Part shown: positions 50,909-62,333 of the stretch, one piece after another | Layout: each line of letters opens with the position of its first letter | How positions within the stretch are numbered: position 1 is the stretch's first letter | Source: an uncultured Spirochaetota bacterium | GTDB lineage: Bacteria; Spirochaetota; Brevinematia; Brevinematales; JAOACQ01 | Assembly: GCA_963783575.1 (NCBI GenBank) | Contig: CAWAOD010000005.1 | Span: 224,001-288,000, forward strand | DNA: 64,000 nt | Reading direction: 5' to 3' | Notes under the pieces: generated by a model | Told to the model about the DNA's origin: nothing | Database searches by the model: none | The model's input: only the letters and a program-made list of their open reading frames with translations | Made by a program: the position numbers and the translations under genes

Positions 50909-51412
50909 ATGGCAAGAATAATGCTGAATGGATCTCCTATTCATACTAAAGGAGAACTCCCGGCTGTCGGCTTCTACGCTCCAAATTTCTCTCTGGTTAT
51001 GCCGAATCTTGATGAAATAAAATTAACTGATTTAATAGGCAAATTTGTTATATTAAATATATTCCCCGGTATTGATACACCTGTTTGTTCGGCTTCAGTC
51101 ATTAAGTTTAATTCAATGCTGGAAAATATGGAAGATACGGTTGCTGTAAATATTTCTTTAGACCTTCCCTTTACACAATCCCGTTTTTCTGAGGCTGAAG
51201 GTTTAAACAGGGTAATAATGGCATCTGCTTTTAGAAGTCCCGAATTCAGCGAAAAATATGGGATTAAAATAATCGATGGTCCTATAAAAGGTCTTCTAAG
51301 CAGGGCAATAATAGTAATTAATAAGGAAGGTAAGGTGATTTATACCGAACAGGTGCCTGATATTACTATAGAACCTGATTATAAACAAGCAATTGAGTCT
51401 ATTAATTTATGA
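50909..51412 (+). CDS. tpx: Thiol peroxidase Tpx
   Basis: GGAGG RBS; LNIFPGIDTPVCSAS, ISLDLPF, GLLSRA, EQVPDI..EPDY. Confidence 0.92.
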   Translation: MARIMLNGSPIHTKGELPAVGFYAPNFSLVMPNLDEIKLTDLIGKFVILNIFPGIDTPVCSASVIKFNSMLENMEDTVAVNISLDLPFTQSRFSEAEGLNRVIMASAFRSPEFSEKYGIKIIDGPIKGLLSRAIIVINKEGKVIYTEQVPDITIEPDYKQAIESINL

Positions 51413-52573
51413 AATCATTAATTCCTTGTTATATATGGATATATTGTTTTTACCGGATCTTTTAATTTGATAAAGTGCTTCGTCGGCATGATTGAAAAGA
51501 AAATAACTTTCTTCCCCGTCTCTTGGAAATTCGGAAATACCCATACTTAGTGTAAAATAAAAATCTCTTCCATCATCTGTCTTAATTTTTTTCTTCCTGA
51601 CTAAATTTAAAAGCCTTTCGGATACCCTGTATGCATTTTCGGCGGTCGTATTCGGGAAAACAATTACAAATTCATCTCCACCGTAGCGTGAAGCTATATC
51701 AACATCCTTTCTGATGGTTTTTCTAATACAGTCGGCAAGCCCCTGAAGGGCTTTATCTCCGGAACTATGCCCGTAAGTATCATTTACATGCTTAAAATTA
51801 TCAATATCGAACATCACAAGAGAAAATATCCGTCCGTAGCGCTTGCTTTTTTCGATTTCATCATTTAATTCTTTATAAAAATAATGGTTGTTATACAACC
51901 CGGTTAAACTATCATGAATTGCCCACAGGAATAATTTTGCGTTTTCCAGGATTGTTGAAGCGAAATTGGCAATTATCATTATAGTTTCCATATCGTCTTT
52001 TGTGAATGGATTTTTGGTTTTTGCATTTGTTATTTCAAGAACAGCTTCAATTTCATTATCGATTTTAAGCGGCATTGCGATAACCGATCCTATGTCGACC
52101 TTCATTATTTCACCCACAATCGGTTTATCGAAACCGCTGCCGTCGATTTTATCTATTAGCATCGGTACGCCTTTAAGATATGCTTCTCCGACAATGCCCT
52201 CACCCGGTTTCAGATGGATATCAAGAAGATCCCTATAACTGTCGAAAATATTCGTATCCAGAATAATTTTATTATTGGTATCATAAACATATGTATCCTG
52301 ATATTTAAGTACATTTAAGGCCTTATCATAAACAATAAGCGAACCTTGCGATGCTTCCACGGATTCTATCGCAAACCTGACAATCATAGTTTTAAGTATC
52401 TCGCTTTCCCGCAAGTCCAAAACCCTTAAAAAATCACTCATTTCTTTAATGATTTTTATTGCCCTGTCTTTTTTTATAAATTGATAATCAAGAGGAAATT
52501 TATCAGAAATGATTATTCTATTAGAATAATTTGTTTTTACCAACGACTTATTCGACTTTTTTCGGCCAGCCAT
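51407..52573 (-). CDS. GAF + GGDEF diguanylate cyclase
   Basis: GEGIVG GAF; HDSLTGLYN, DIDNFKHVNDTYGH..GD, RYGGDEF. Confidence 0.92.
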   Translation of the reverse strand: MAGRKKSNKSLVKTNYSNRIIISDKFPLDYQFIKKDRAIKIIKEMSDFLRVLDLRESEILKTMIVRFAIESVEASQGSLIVYDKALNVLKYQDTYVYDTNNKIILDTNIFDSYRDLLDIHLKPGEGIVGEAYLKGVPMLIDKIDGSGFDKPIVGEIMKVDIGSVIAMPLKIDNEIEAVLEITNAKTKNPFTKDDMETIMIIANFASTILENAKLFLWAIHDSLTGLYNNHYFYKELNDEIEKSKRYGRIFSLVMFDIDNFKHVNDTYGHSSGDKALQGLADCIRKTIRKDVDIASRYGGDEFVIVFPNTTAENAYRVSERLLNLVRKKKIKTDDGRDFYFTLSMGISEFPRDGEESYFLFNHADEALYQIKRSGKNNISIYNKELMIS

Positions 52574-52634
52574 TTTAATTCCTTAAAATAATCATGAATA
52601 TTCGGCATCTAATTTATTTATTAATATATATGCT

Positions 52635-54560
52635 TTATATGCTACATTCATTTAACAATTCTAATATTTTATTGTTAATTTTTTGGGATGTCAAGGAATA
52701 TCGGTTTAATAATTCAGCCCTTGTGCCTATTGACGGATATTCATCGGGAATGTTGATTGATCTAATAATTTTATTTTTATTTCTTGTATATATTTCATCG
52801 ATCAAATATTCGGCTATTCCACCATTAAAAATTCCTTCCTCAAGTATCAAAACCGGCCTTGAATCGCCCGATAAATATTTCAGAATATTTTCATTTATCG
52901 GTTTGGCAAATCGAAGGTTAAATATTTCTATATCAACAGAATTTCTACCTCTTACGGTATTTGCAGCGGTTTGATATCCTTTCTTTTCTGACAGATTCTT
53001 CTTTACTTCAAAAGCTTCTCCCAGTAAGGTACCGGTTGAAACAATTATAAAATCACTGCCGGATGCTACTATAACCCCCTCACCTCTGGTAATCGGATAA
53101 AGTTCAGGGCTATACCAGGGATAATCCAGAGCTTCATCTTTTGGATATCTTATGCAAATCGGTGAATTGAGATTTTTAATTGAATTTTCAAGCATCATTA
53201 TAAACTCATTCTTAGTTGCCGGCAGCATTATTGTAAAATTAGGAATCATCCTGCAGTATGAAATATCAAAGATACCCTGGTGAGTTTCTCCATCACCGGG
53301 TACAAGTCCGGCCCTGTCCAGGCAAAATAGTACTTTACCTTCTGCAATGCCAATATCATGAATCATTTGATCCAACCCTCTTTGTAGAAAAGTTGAATAT
53401 ATAGCCACAACAGGTTTTATTCCTTTTAGTGAAAGCCCAAATGCCATATCAACAGCATGCTGTTCGGCAATTCCCACATCAATAAATCTTTCCGGAAATT
53501 CTTCCGCAAATTTTTTAAGTCCGGCGCCGCTCTTCATCGCAGCTGTAATTGCAACTACTTTTTTATCAACTCTTGCAATATCTGCAAGCGCATTCCCAAA
53601 AACACTTGAATAACTCAGGCTTTCCTTTTCAATTGGTATACTTCCATCACCGTTTATTGACACACCGGAAATACCATGATACTTGCCAGGATTGTCCTCC
53701 GATGGCTTATAACCCTTACCTTTTGTTGTAACAATATGAATTATGATCGGTTTATTGATTCCCCTGATTTCATGAAATACCTCAATAATCTTTTTGAGAT
53801 CATGCCCGTCAATTGGCCCATAATAACTGATGCCCATATCCTCAAAAAAATTTTTCCTAACCAGGATTGATTTGAACAATTCCTTAATTCCGTACATTAT
53901 CTTGACCAGGTAACCGCCGACTAAAGGCACTCTTGTTTTCACAACCTTTTCAAGCCGGTGTTTAAACCTTAGGTAGGAATGAGAGAGCTGGAGCTTTTTC
54001 AAATACCTTGAGATTCCGCCTACATTCTTGGAAATTGACATGCCGTTATCATTCAATATAATAATAACAGGAAGATTATCATGTGATATATTATTAAGGG
54101 CTTCATAGGCAATCCCTCCGGTAAAAGCGCCGTCTCCGATTATGGCAATTGTATCGGAAATCCTGTTTTTTAAAATTTTTGCCTTGGCCATACCGGCAGC
54201 AACAGACAGCGAAGTGGAACTATGCCCGGCATGCACGCAGTCATATTGGCTCTCTTTAGGCGACGGATATCCGGAAAGCCCGTCCATCATCCGCAGGGAA
54301 TTGAACCGGTCTTTTCTGCCGGTAAGTATTTTATGAATATAGGATTGATGCCCCACATCCCAGATAATATCATCTTCCGGGCAGTTGAAAACATAATGAA
54401 GGGCCACTGTTAACTCAACAACACCAAGGTTCGGTGAAAGATGGCCACCTGTTTTCATCACATTTTCTATCAAAAACTTACGAATTTCCTCCGATAGAAT
54501 CTCCAGCTCTATTAAATTCAGCTTTTTCAAATCATTAGGCTTATTTATTTTTTCAAGCAT
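52635..54560 (-). CDS. dxs: 1-deoxy-D-xylulose-5-phosphate synthase
   Basis: GGHLSPNLG, WDVGHQSY.HK, GDGAFTGG..EALN, DVGIAEQHA, DGETHQG. Confidence 0.97.
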   Translation of the reverse strand: MLEKINKPNDLKKLNLIELEILSEEIRKFLIENVMKTGGHLSPNLGVVELTVALHYVFNCPEDDIIWDVGHQSYIHKILTGRKDRFNSLRMMDGLSGYPSPKESQYDCVHAGHSSTSLSVAAGMAKAKILKNRISDTIAIIGDGAFTGGIAYEALNNISHDNLPVIIILNDNGMSISKNVGGISRYLKKLQLSHSYLRFKHRLEKVVKTRVPLVGGYLVKIMYGIKELFKSILVRKNFFEDMGISYYGPIDGHDLKKIIEVFHEIRGINKPIIIHIVTTKGKGYKPSEDNPGKYHGISGVSINGDGSIPIEKESLSYSSVFGNALADIARVDKKVVAITAAMKSGAGLKKFAEEFPERFIDVGIAEQHAVDMAFGLSLKGIKPVVAIYSTFLQRGLDQMIHDIGIAEGKVLFCLDRAGLVPGDGETHQGIFDISYCRMIPNFTIMLPATKNEFIMMLENSIKNLNSPICIRYPKDEALDYPWYSPELYPITRGEGVIVASGSDFIIVSTGTLLGEAFEVKKNLSEKKGYQTAANTVRGRNSVDIEIFNLRFAKPINENILKYLSGDSRPVLILEEGIFNGGIAEYLIDEIYTRNKNKIIRSINIPDEYPSIGTRAELLNRYSLTSQKINNKILELLNECSI

Positions 54561-54617
54561 AATTTCTCCATCAAAGAACAGATAAGTATTATTAAATTAT
54601 GGGTGTTTATTTATATA

Positions 54618-55370
54618 TTACCGGAAAAGAGCCTGGATAATGAAATTGATATAATTAATCATTATTTCTTTTTTCTTGGTATCCTGTATACCTTTAAATT
54701 CAAGTTTAAAAGCAGACATATTTGTTGAAACAACAATATTGGTAAAAACACCATTATTTGTAACATTTTTATTTGTATCAATCATCTGATTTGTAATTAC
54801 CTGATTTGTTGTAATCTCTGTAAAATTGGTCTGGAAAGCAAGATCGTTTTCATTGAAAACCGCGTTTTCAGCAGGTGATTCGTTCTGGAGTTTAAAATCC
54901 AAATTATATATATCCGATGATAAAACTGAAAAATCGGCGCTAAGTGAATCGAGCGGAAAATTACCTGAAATATTAATTTTAACAATCTCTCCGTTAATGA
55001 GGCTCGAGTTATTGCCCTGGATGGCAACCATTCCATTATCAATTCCTGTGATTTTTGCCGGTATTATAAATTTATTTACATTGTTGACTGTAAAATTATT
55101 TTGATTCCTGGCGTTGTCATTTTCATCAACCTGAGCGTTTGGGAAAAAACTGAATAATTCACCGCTTCCTTTCTTTCCTTTGATATTTTGATAATTATTC
55201 AGTTTTGCTTCCATTTTATAATTCATAATCATAGTATCCGAGAATTTGATTTTAATAATGTCCCCTTCTTTAACATTTAACCTGTATATTTCAGAGCCGT
55301 TGTTCCAGAGTGATTTTCCATAAAGTACCGCCGAAAATCCAATCATAATTAATAGCCATAATTTAATCAT
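54618..55370 (-). CDS. FlgH (flagellar L-ring)-like exported protein
   Basis: Signal then KSLW, GDIIKI, IPAKIT...G.VAIQG...INGE...I.ISG......S.D.SVLSSDIYNL, matching the FlgH layout; no lipobox Cys. Confidence 0.6.
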   Translation of the reverse strand: MIKLWLLIMIGFSAVLYGKSLWNNGSEIYRLNVKEGDIIKIKFSDTMIMNYKMEAKLNNYQNIKGKKGSGELFSFFPNAQVDENDNARNQNNFTVNNVNKFIIPAKITGIDNGMVAIQGNNSSLINGEIVKINISGNFPLDSLSADFSVLSSDIYNLDFKLQNESPAENAVFNENDLAFQTNFTEITTNQVITNQMIDTNKNVTNNGVFTNIVVSTNMSAFKLEFKGIQDTKKKEIMINYINFIIQALFR

Positions 55371-55544
55371 AATACTGCCTCTAATTTTAAATTTCCATAA
55401 TAATATTTTCGGCATTAATTTCTTCCGAAACAGTATTATAATTCAAATTAATCTATAGATTGTGTTTTAGATTAAATGAGGCTGACTTTATGTTGTAAAT
55501 ACATTGTTAAAACTGGTACTTAAAAATAGCTTTAAATCAAATTT

Positions 55545-55874
55545 TCAATGAATCTCAATGTTTTCCTCATCTTTAGAATTACTTTCCAAGTTCAGTTTTA
55601 CGCTCTTTTCATCCGTATGTTTCTCTGCTATTTCAATATAATTAAACCGCAATGTATCAAGAACCATGTTCAAAGTTTTCTGTTCTTCACTGCTAAGATT
55701 CCCTTTCGTTTTTTCTTCCAAAATTTCCAGAAGCTCAATTATTCCTTTTGCTTCTTCCAATTCCACAAATATCTTTTTTGTTGCAGGATTTTCAATTTTA
55801 CCAAGAGCCATCAGCCCTGACTGGTACATCATAAAAATATAGGTAATAAAATTCAGCTTTTGTCTTTCCTTCAT
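55545..55874 (-). CDS. DUF1844 family protein
   Basis: LMALGKIENP...LEEAK..IELL..LEEKTKGNLS.EE...L...L..LRFNY. Confidence 0.85.
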   Translation of the reverse strand: MKERQKLNFITYIFMMYQSGLMALGKIENPATKKIFVELEEAKGIIELLEILEEKTKGNLSSEEQKTLNMVLDTLRFNYIEIAEKHTDEKSVKLNLESNSKDEENIEIH

Positions 55875-55895
55875 ATGACTTCCTCCAGGGATTTA

Positions 55896-57815
55896 TTAAT
55901 TACTTGCCTCAGATTTAGCCTTTTTTCCTAAACTTTCAAGTATAGGAAATCTGTTCTTATCCGTTTTCCCTAAAATCTCATTCAGCTGGTCAGAATTCAA
56001 TACTTCTTTTTCCAATAAAAGATTTGCCAGATCGTCCAGCTTCTTCATATTTTCAGTCAACAACTTTTTAGCTTTTTCAAATGCCGACATTATAATTTTA
56101 CCTACTTCTTCATCGATAATCTCATGAATTTTTTCACTGAAGTTCTTTCTTGCAACCAGATCTTTACCAAGGAATACAGGGCCTTCTTTCTCACCGTAAG
56201 TAACCGGTCCAAGAACTTCACTCATACCCCACTCGCAGACCATAGAATTTACTATCTTTGTAGCCCTTTCAATATCATTCGAAGCACCTGTAGAAACCCA
56301 GGCCTTTCCGAACTTTATTTCCTCAGCAGCCCTCCCGCCGAGAAGAACCATTAGTTCTTGAAGCAGATGCTCTTTTGTATAACTTTTTCTTTCGTCAATC
56401 GGAAGCTGCATGGTTACTCCAAGAGTCCTGCCCCTTGGAATAATAGTTACTTTATGCACCGGGTCGGTCAATGCTAGTATATGGCTTAAAATGGCATGCC
56501 CGCTTTCATGATAAGCGGTAGTCATTTTTTCTTCTTCGCTGATAACGGCGCTTCTTCTTTCTGGTCCCATCAAAACCTTATCCTTTGCGAACTCAAAGTC
56601 AGAAAGAATTACTGTCTTTCTGTTTTCACGAGCTGATTTTAATGCCGCTTCATTGACAAGATTCTCCAGATCTGCTCCTGTAAAGCCTGGCGTACCTCTG
56701 GCAATAACACTTAAATCCAGATTTTCTTCAACAGGCACTTTCCGGGTATGTATTTTCAAAATTGCCTCACGCGCTTTAACATCCGGTTTATCCACAACTA
56801 TTTCCCTGTCGAAACGGCCGGGACGCATCAAAGCAACATCCAGAATATCCGGGCGGTTTGTTGCGGCTAAAATAATCAAGCCCTCCGAAGAATCAAAGCC
56901 GTCCATTTCCACAAGAATTTGATTAAGGGTCTGCTCCCTTTCGTCGTGAGAACCTCCTACGCCGGTTCCCCTTGAACGGCCGACTGCATCAAGCTCGTCC
57001 ACAAAAATGATACATGGCGCGTTTTTTCTGCCCTGCGCGAAAAGATCCCTTACCCTTGCTGCGCCAACTCCAACAAACATTTCCACAAATTCAGAACCAC
57101 TGACGCTGAAGAACGGTACATCCGCCTCTCCGGCAACTGCTTTGGCAAGAAGGGTCTTACCTGTACCTGGCGAACCGACTAGCAACACCCCTTTCGGAAT
57201 CCTTGCTCCAAGAGCGCTGAATTTCTTGGGGGTTTTTAAGAACTCAACAATTTCTTCAAGATCCTGCTTGGCTTCTTCACACCCGGCAACATCGGTAAAT
57301 TTAACTTTATGATTAATTTCTTTATGCAATCTTGCTTTACTCCTTCCGAATGACATAGCCTTTCCCGGATCTCCCCCCTGCATTCCCCGGATCAAAAAGA
57401 GCCAGAATATGAACATAACTGCGGATATTATTATAATCCACCAGATATATCCAGAACCATAGGAATCTTTAACCTTTTCCCCGGTAATATCAACATTATG
57501 GAGTCTTAAAAGCGGAAGAAGGTCTTTATCATCAAGAGGTATAATTGTTTTAAAAACCTTTGTCCCATCTATTTCCTCTTTATAAGTTCCCTTTATTGTC
57601 TGGCCTTCGACGCTTACTGAAGCAATGCTGTCATTCGAAACTTTATCTAAAAACTTGGAATATGAGATTGGATTTTCTTTCGGAGAATTTGTTAAAAATA
57701 AAAATATGAACATCCCTAGCAAAACCAATAAAAATATACCAAAATATCTACCCTGTTTATCTTCGTCAACAGGCAGGAGATTTTTTCTCTTCTTACTGCC
57801 TTTATTATTTGCCAT
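55896..57815 (-). CDS. ftsH: ATP-dependent zinc metalloprotease FtsH
   Basis: Two TMs; [34 protein letters not shown]. Confidence 0.98.
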   Translation of the reverse strand: MANNKGSKKRKNLLPVDEDKQGRYFGIFLLVLLGMFIFLFLTNSPKENPISYSKFLDKVSNDSIASVSVEGQTIKGTYKEEIDGTKVFKTIIPLDDKDLLPLLRLHNVDITGEKVKDSYGSGYIWWIIIISAVMFIFWLFLIRGMQGGDPGKAMSFGRSKARLHKEINHKVKFTDVAGCEEAKQDLEEIVEFLKTPKKFSALGARIPKGVLLVGSPGTGKTLLAKAVAGEADVPFFSVSGSEFVEMFVGVGAARVRDLFAQGRKNAPCIIFVDELDAVGRSRGTGVGGSHDEREQTLNQILVEMDGFDSSEGLIILAATNRPDILDVALMRPGRFDREIVVDKPDVKAREAILKIHTRKVPVEENLDLSVIARGTPGFTGADLENLVNEAALKSARENRKTVILSDFEFAKDKVLMGPERRSAVISEEEKMTTAYHESGHAILSHILALTDPVHKVTIIPRGRTLGVTMQLPIDERKSYTKEHLLQELMVLLGGRAAEEIKFGKAWVSTGASNDIERATKIVNSMVCEWGMSEVLGPVTYGEKEGPVFLGKDLVARKNFSEKIHEIIDEEVGKIIMSAFEKAKKLLTENMKKLDDLANLLLEKEVLNSDQLNEILGKTDKNRFPILESLGKKAKSEASN

Positions 57816-57875
57816 GAATCACTCCTCATTTAAATCAAAATCGATGCTTAAGAAAAAATATCATTATTAATAAAT

Positions 57876-58417
57876 TTAACAATTATTTTTATTCATGTCC
57901 AGAATAGCTATGTAAGGCAAATTACGTAATTTTTCGTTATAATCCAGTCCATAACCGATTACGAATTTATCTTCGATGACAAAGCCTACAAAATCTACCT
58001 CGACTTGAACTTTTCTTCGGGAAGGCTTGTCCAGTAAAACGCAAATTTTTATACTGGAGGGTCATGCACATCTTTAATATAACGAATTAAATGGTCAAGA
58101 GTCAAGCCGGTATCCACAATATCCTCTATTAAAACTACCTTTTTATCCTTAATATCTATACTTAAATCCCTTGTAATTTTTATGGTGCCTGTTGAGCAGG
58201 TATCGGAATAGCTTTCGGTCGAAATAAAATCAATGCTGATATTCCTGCTTTTAAGATTCCTGACAATATCGGAAAAGAAAATAAAAGACCCTTTAAGGTT
58301 TGCTATCAAGACAACTTCTTCTTCTCCGATATATTCCTCAATATATTTTGAAAGCTCTTTGACTTTCTGATTTATACCATCTGTTGAAATATATTCTTCA
58401 ATCTTCCAATCGTTCAT
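57876..58417 (-). CDS. hpt: Hypoxanthine phosphoribosyltransferase, apparent 1-nt frameshift near 58060 (likely assembly error)
   Basis: [18 protein letters not shown]; a second frame continues [35 protein letters not shown] to TAA at 57876. Confidence 0.9.
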
Positions 58418-58453
58418 TAACGTTTTTTCTCCTGATTATTATCGAACTGCTCA

Positions 58454-59896
58454 CTAATCATCAATAATTGAAATTCGCCAGACTATATTTTCTCCAACGC
58501 TTTTAATATAAAAATCCTCGGATACCCGGAAACCGAAATCCGGAATAAAAAAGGCAATAATTGAATCACTATTATCTAACTTGGCTTCGAATATAATGGT
58601 TTTACTTCTTTCAAAGTAGTTAAGCTTGCGGTCAATAAAAATATCTTTTAATTTCTTAGATTTATTGTCCTTAATCCTGATTCTGTCACCATCATTTCTT
58701 GATCTGATCTTTAATTTAACAATATTTTTGATATTTATAAAGCAATAAAACAATTTATCTTTGCTGTCTGCCTTATATTGATCAAGCCTCGAAACGACCG
58801 GTTCAATCGATATACGATATCCCATAAAGTCAAAATTTATAGTTCCATTTAGTTTAACATATTTTGCAGGATTAGGAAATATTTTCGAAACTTTATGAAA
58901 AATAACTGATTTGTAAGAGGATACAATTATGAACATTTTTGTCCGATGAATTATTTTATTTCCATTATAGTTTTTTCCCGATTCAATTATCTTATTAATC
59001 AATCCAAGATTTGGATAATAGTTTACATCAACCATATCCCGAATTATTGATCTGATAAATCTGCGGATGAGTGAAACTGGTATATTCTCTTCTTCCATAA
59101 ATATTTGTTTTTTCAAACAGATTTCACCCCCGGAAATTTCAATAAATTTTTTTAAGCCATCCAGCTGCTTATGCCACAGTTTTTCCTCTTCATAAGCGAT
59201 ACGGTAAAGTTCACCGATTTTTCTGCGAAATCCGGGGAATCTCTTTTCAATAACCGTTATTAATGAGTGCCTGATATAATTCCTGTCATAATCTTTATTG
59301 AGATTTGATGAATCCTCTACATATCCGATTTTGCTGGTTTTTAGATAATTTACTATATCCTGTTTTCTTGAAAAAAGAAACGGGCGGATGAAACAATCTC
59401 TTTTAACCGGAATCGCTATCAATCCGGAGAGGCCTGTTCCTTTAAAAATACGGTATAGCATAGTTTCAGAAAGGTCATCCAGATTATGGGCAGTTGCAAA
59501 TTTCTGCGATCCGCTCTCTATGAGAGCTTCCTGGAAAGCTTGATATCTCAAGTTACGGGCGGCTAATTCGATGGAAAGTTTTTCTTTTCCGGCATGTGAT
59601 TTAACATCAATTTCCTTTAAAATAAATTCAAAACCATATTTTTCAGAAAATTCTTGACAAAAAGAAGCATCCCTAACGCTTTCTATGCCTCTTAAAGAAT
59701 GATTTATATGACATACTGTGATTTTTGGACTAATTTCCAGATAACTGGAATAAATCTTGAAAAAAAAAGCCAGTAATACAGAATCTGCACCGCCGGACAA
59801 GCCAATAATTATTTTATCATTTTTATTTATCAAACCATATTCATTAATGGTATTTAAGAATTGCTTTTCGAGTATTAAGCCTGCATTGGATTTCAT
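58454..59896 (-). CDS. tilS: tRNA(Ile)-lysidine synthetase
   Basis: SGGADS, ARNLRY, TAHNLDD..ET, EDSSN...RNYIR. Confidence 0.95.
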   Translation of the reverse strand: MKSNAGLILEKQFLNTINEYGLINKNDKIIIGLSGGADSVLLAFFFKIYSSYLEISPKITVCHINHSLRGIESVRDASFCQEFSEKYGFEFILKEIDVKSHAGKEKLSIELAARNLRYQAFQEALIESGSQKFATAHNLDDLSETMLYRIFKGTGLSGLIAIPVKRDCFIRPFLFSRKQDIVNYLKTSKIGYVEDSSNLNKDYDRNYIRHSLITVIEKRFPGFRRKIGELYRIAYEEEKLWHKQLDGLKKFIEISGGEICLKKQIFMEEENIPVSLIRRFIRSIIRDMVDVNYYPNLGLINKIIESGKNYNGNKIIHRTKMFIIVSSYKSVIFHKVSKIFPNPAKYVKLNGTINFDFMGYRISIEPVVSRLDQYKADSKDKLFYCFINIKNIVKLKIRSRNDGDRIRIKDNKSKKLKDIFIDRKLNYFERSKTIIFEAKLDNSDSIIAFFIPDFGFRVSEDFYIKSVGENIVWRISIIDD

Positions 59897-60457
59897 TTAA
59901 GTATTGTAAAGACTCATGGAGTTATCTATTTCACCGTTAACAATCATTTCAATCGCCTCGCAAGCCTTGTCCAAAGATGGTTCCAGAGCCTTCAGTTCTT
60001 CAGGTGTAAATTTGTCAAGCACAAAAGATTCCAATTTCTCGGATTCTTGGGGTCCGCCAACTCCTACCCGTACTCTCGGAAAGTTATCGGATCTCAAAAA
60101 CTGTATTAATGATTTAATTCCATTATGGCCGCCGCTGGAACCGTATTTTCGAATGCGTATTTTACCTAGCGGTAGATTAACATCATCGCAAACCACAATA
60201 ATATTCTCAGGCATAATCCTTAAGAAGCTAGCCATATAAAGCACTGCTTCACCGCTTAAATTAACGAATGTTTGTGGTTTTAACAGCATAATCCGTTCCT
60301 TGCCAAGTCTGAACCTGCCTATCATGGATTTCTTTTTCTTAATATCGACAAAAGTACCATATCTGGCAGCCAATCTATCCAGTACCATAAAACCGAGATT
60401 ATGCCTTGTACCCTCATAAGTTTCTCCCGGATTACCCAAACCAACAACCAGTTTCAA
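59897..60457 (-). CDS. pth: Peptidyl-tRNA hydrolase
   Basis: GGAGGA RBS before TTG 60457; GLGNPG, TRHNLG, KPQTFVN, GGHNG. Confidence 0.97.
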   Translation of the reverse strand: MKLVVGLGNPGETYEGTRHNLGFMVLDRLAARYGTFVDIKKKKSMIGRFRLGKERIMLLKPQTFVNLSGEAVLYMASFLRIMPENIIVVCDDVNLPLGKIRIRKYGSSGGHNGIKSLIQFLRSDNFPRVRVGVGGPQESEKLESFVLDKFTPEELKALEPSLDKACEAIEMIVNGEIDNSMSLYNT

Positions 60458-60616
60458 AGTTTCCTCCAAAAGAGAAATTATCATAATAAAACTTAAGAAT
60501 CAATTTTTTATACAGCGATATCCTCATAACTATTATATAATAATCAATTACATGGACTCTAAATAATAACTTACATCTAAAATATAAATAAACTATTAAT
60601 AATCGTAAAGTAGATA

Positions 60617-61165
60617 TTATTTAACCTCAACTAAAGCTGTCCCTTCGTGTGTTAAGATTTTAAAATTAACCTTATCAATATCTCTGACAATAAGGTATTG
60701 ATTGGTTTTTAAACTTGAAATATCCACATCAACAGCTGAAGGTAGGTGCTCAATATCTGTATAGATTTTAAGCTGGCGCGTAAAAACATAAAGCCCGCCG
60801 CCTTCTTTCACTCCGATAGGTGTTCCAATATAATTTATCGGAACTTCCGTGGAAAACATCTTTTTAGAAACAAAAGAATAAAAATCGGCATGAAGAAAAT
60901 TTCTTGATATAGGATGTATTTTATAATCCTTAATAATTACCGGATACTTTTTCTTTCCGATTTGAATGGTTAAGATCCGATGCTTCCCCAGAGCCCTGAA
61001 TGCCTTTTCAAATTCTTTGTAATCTATGGTGATATAAAGATTTTCCTTTAATTCAGGGCCATAAATCACTGCGGGAAGCCGCATAGTATTCCTTATCTTC
61101 ATAGCTTCGGATTTTCCAATCTTTTCTCTGCTCTCAGCCTTTAAGACAAATTCGCTGTCTGACAT
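60617..61165 (-). CDS. rplY: 50S ribosomal protein L25 / Ctc
   Basis: GAGGAGG RBS; LPAVIYG, HADFY, GVKEGG. Confidence 0.93.
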   Translation of the reverse strand: MSDSEFVLKAESREKIGKSEAMKIRNTMRLPAVIYGPELKENLYITIDYKEFEKAFRALGKHRILTIQIGKKKYPVIIKDYKIHPISRNFLHADFYSFVSKKMFSTEVPINYIGTPIGVKEGGGLYVFTRQLKIYTDIEHLPSAVDVDISSLKTNQYLIVRDIDKVNFKILTHEGTALVEVK

Positions 61166-61237
61166 TGTATTTTCCTCCTCACAATCAGCCAATTACTATT
61201 ATTTTCATGGAATTAAAATTAATTCATTAAATTTTGC

Positions 61238-62206
61238 TTAAATCTTATTCTCGGTAATAAACAATGAACTTACCGATAAATTAAGATGTATTCTTTCTAT
61301 TGCCTGACCGAATAATTCATAAACGGTCAAAATGCTCATTTTTTCACCTAATATTCTTATCTTTTCCTCGCCAATTGGAACCGTATCCGTCACAAACAAA
61401 TGATCAATGTCCGAATTCCTGATTCTTTCAGGGGCATCGCTTGATAAAACCGCGTGAGTTGAATAAACATTTACCGATTTTGCTCCATTTTTCTTTAATA
61501 TGGTTGAAGCCTGAACGATTGTGCCGCCGGTATCAATCATATCGTCGATCATTATAACGTTTTTATCTTCAACATTTCCAATAAGATGTAAAACTTCCGC
61601 TTCATTCTTTTTTTCTCTTCTTTTATCCAGTATTGCAATACTTACACCAATTTGTTTTGCAAAAAACCTTGATCTTTCTACACCTCCGGCATCCGGTGAA
61701 ACAACTATATAATCCGAAGTATTGGCAACATCTTTAACTGTATTCAGAAAAACAGGAGTCGCATAAAGATGATCAACCGGAATATCGAAAAATCCCTGAA
61801 TTTGAGCAGCATGAAGGTCCATTGCAAGAACTCTGTCTACACCGGCAACAGTTAACAGATTCGCTACTAGTTTTGCCGTTATAGGAACTCGCGGCTCTGC
61901 TTTTCTGTCTTGCCTCGCATAACCAAAATAGGGCATTACTGCTGTAATCCTCTCCGCAGAGGCTCTTCTGAGTGCGTCAACTATTATCAGCAATTCAACC
62001 AGATTCTTATAACCTGGATTTGAGGTGGGTTGTACTACAAAAACATCTTTTCCCCTGATATCTTCATTAATCTTTACAAAAATCTCACTATCTGCGAATT
62101 CAGTTATCAGCACATCTACAAGCGCAACTCCGATGTAGGAGGCTATCTTATTTGCCAATTCAGGATTAGCCCTACCAGAAATAAGTTTAATATTTGAAGA
62201 TGCCAC
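61238..62206 (-). CDS. prs: Ribose-phosphate pyrophosphokinase
   Basis: PYFGYARQDRK, DLHAAQIQGFFD, SPDAGG, DDMIDTGGT. Confidence 0.98.
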   Translation of the reverse strand: MASSNIKLISGRANPELANKIASYIGVALVDVLITEFADSEIFVKINEDIRGKDVFVVQPTSNPGYKNLVELLIIVDALRRASAERITAVMPYFGYARQDRKAEPRVPITAKLVANLLTVAGVDRVLAMDLHAAQIQGFFDIPVDHLYATPVFLNTVKDVANTSDYIVVSPDAGGVERSRFFAKQIGVSIAILDKRREKKNEAEVLHLIGNVEDKNVIMIDDMIDTGGTIVQASTILKKNGAKSVNVYSTHAVLSSDAPERIRNSDIDHLFVTDTVPIGEEKIRILGEKMSILTVYELFGQAIERIHLNLSVSSLFITENKI

Positions 62207-62333
62207 CTAAAGACTCCATTCATTTTATAATTAATTTATAAAGTAATTATAAAGATCATTTAAATTTTATAAATATATAATTGATTTTTAATTCCCATTA
62301 TAGAAACATTAGAAATTTATCATATTTATATTG

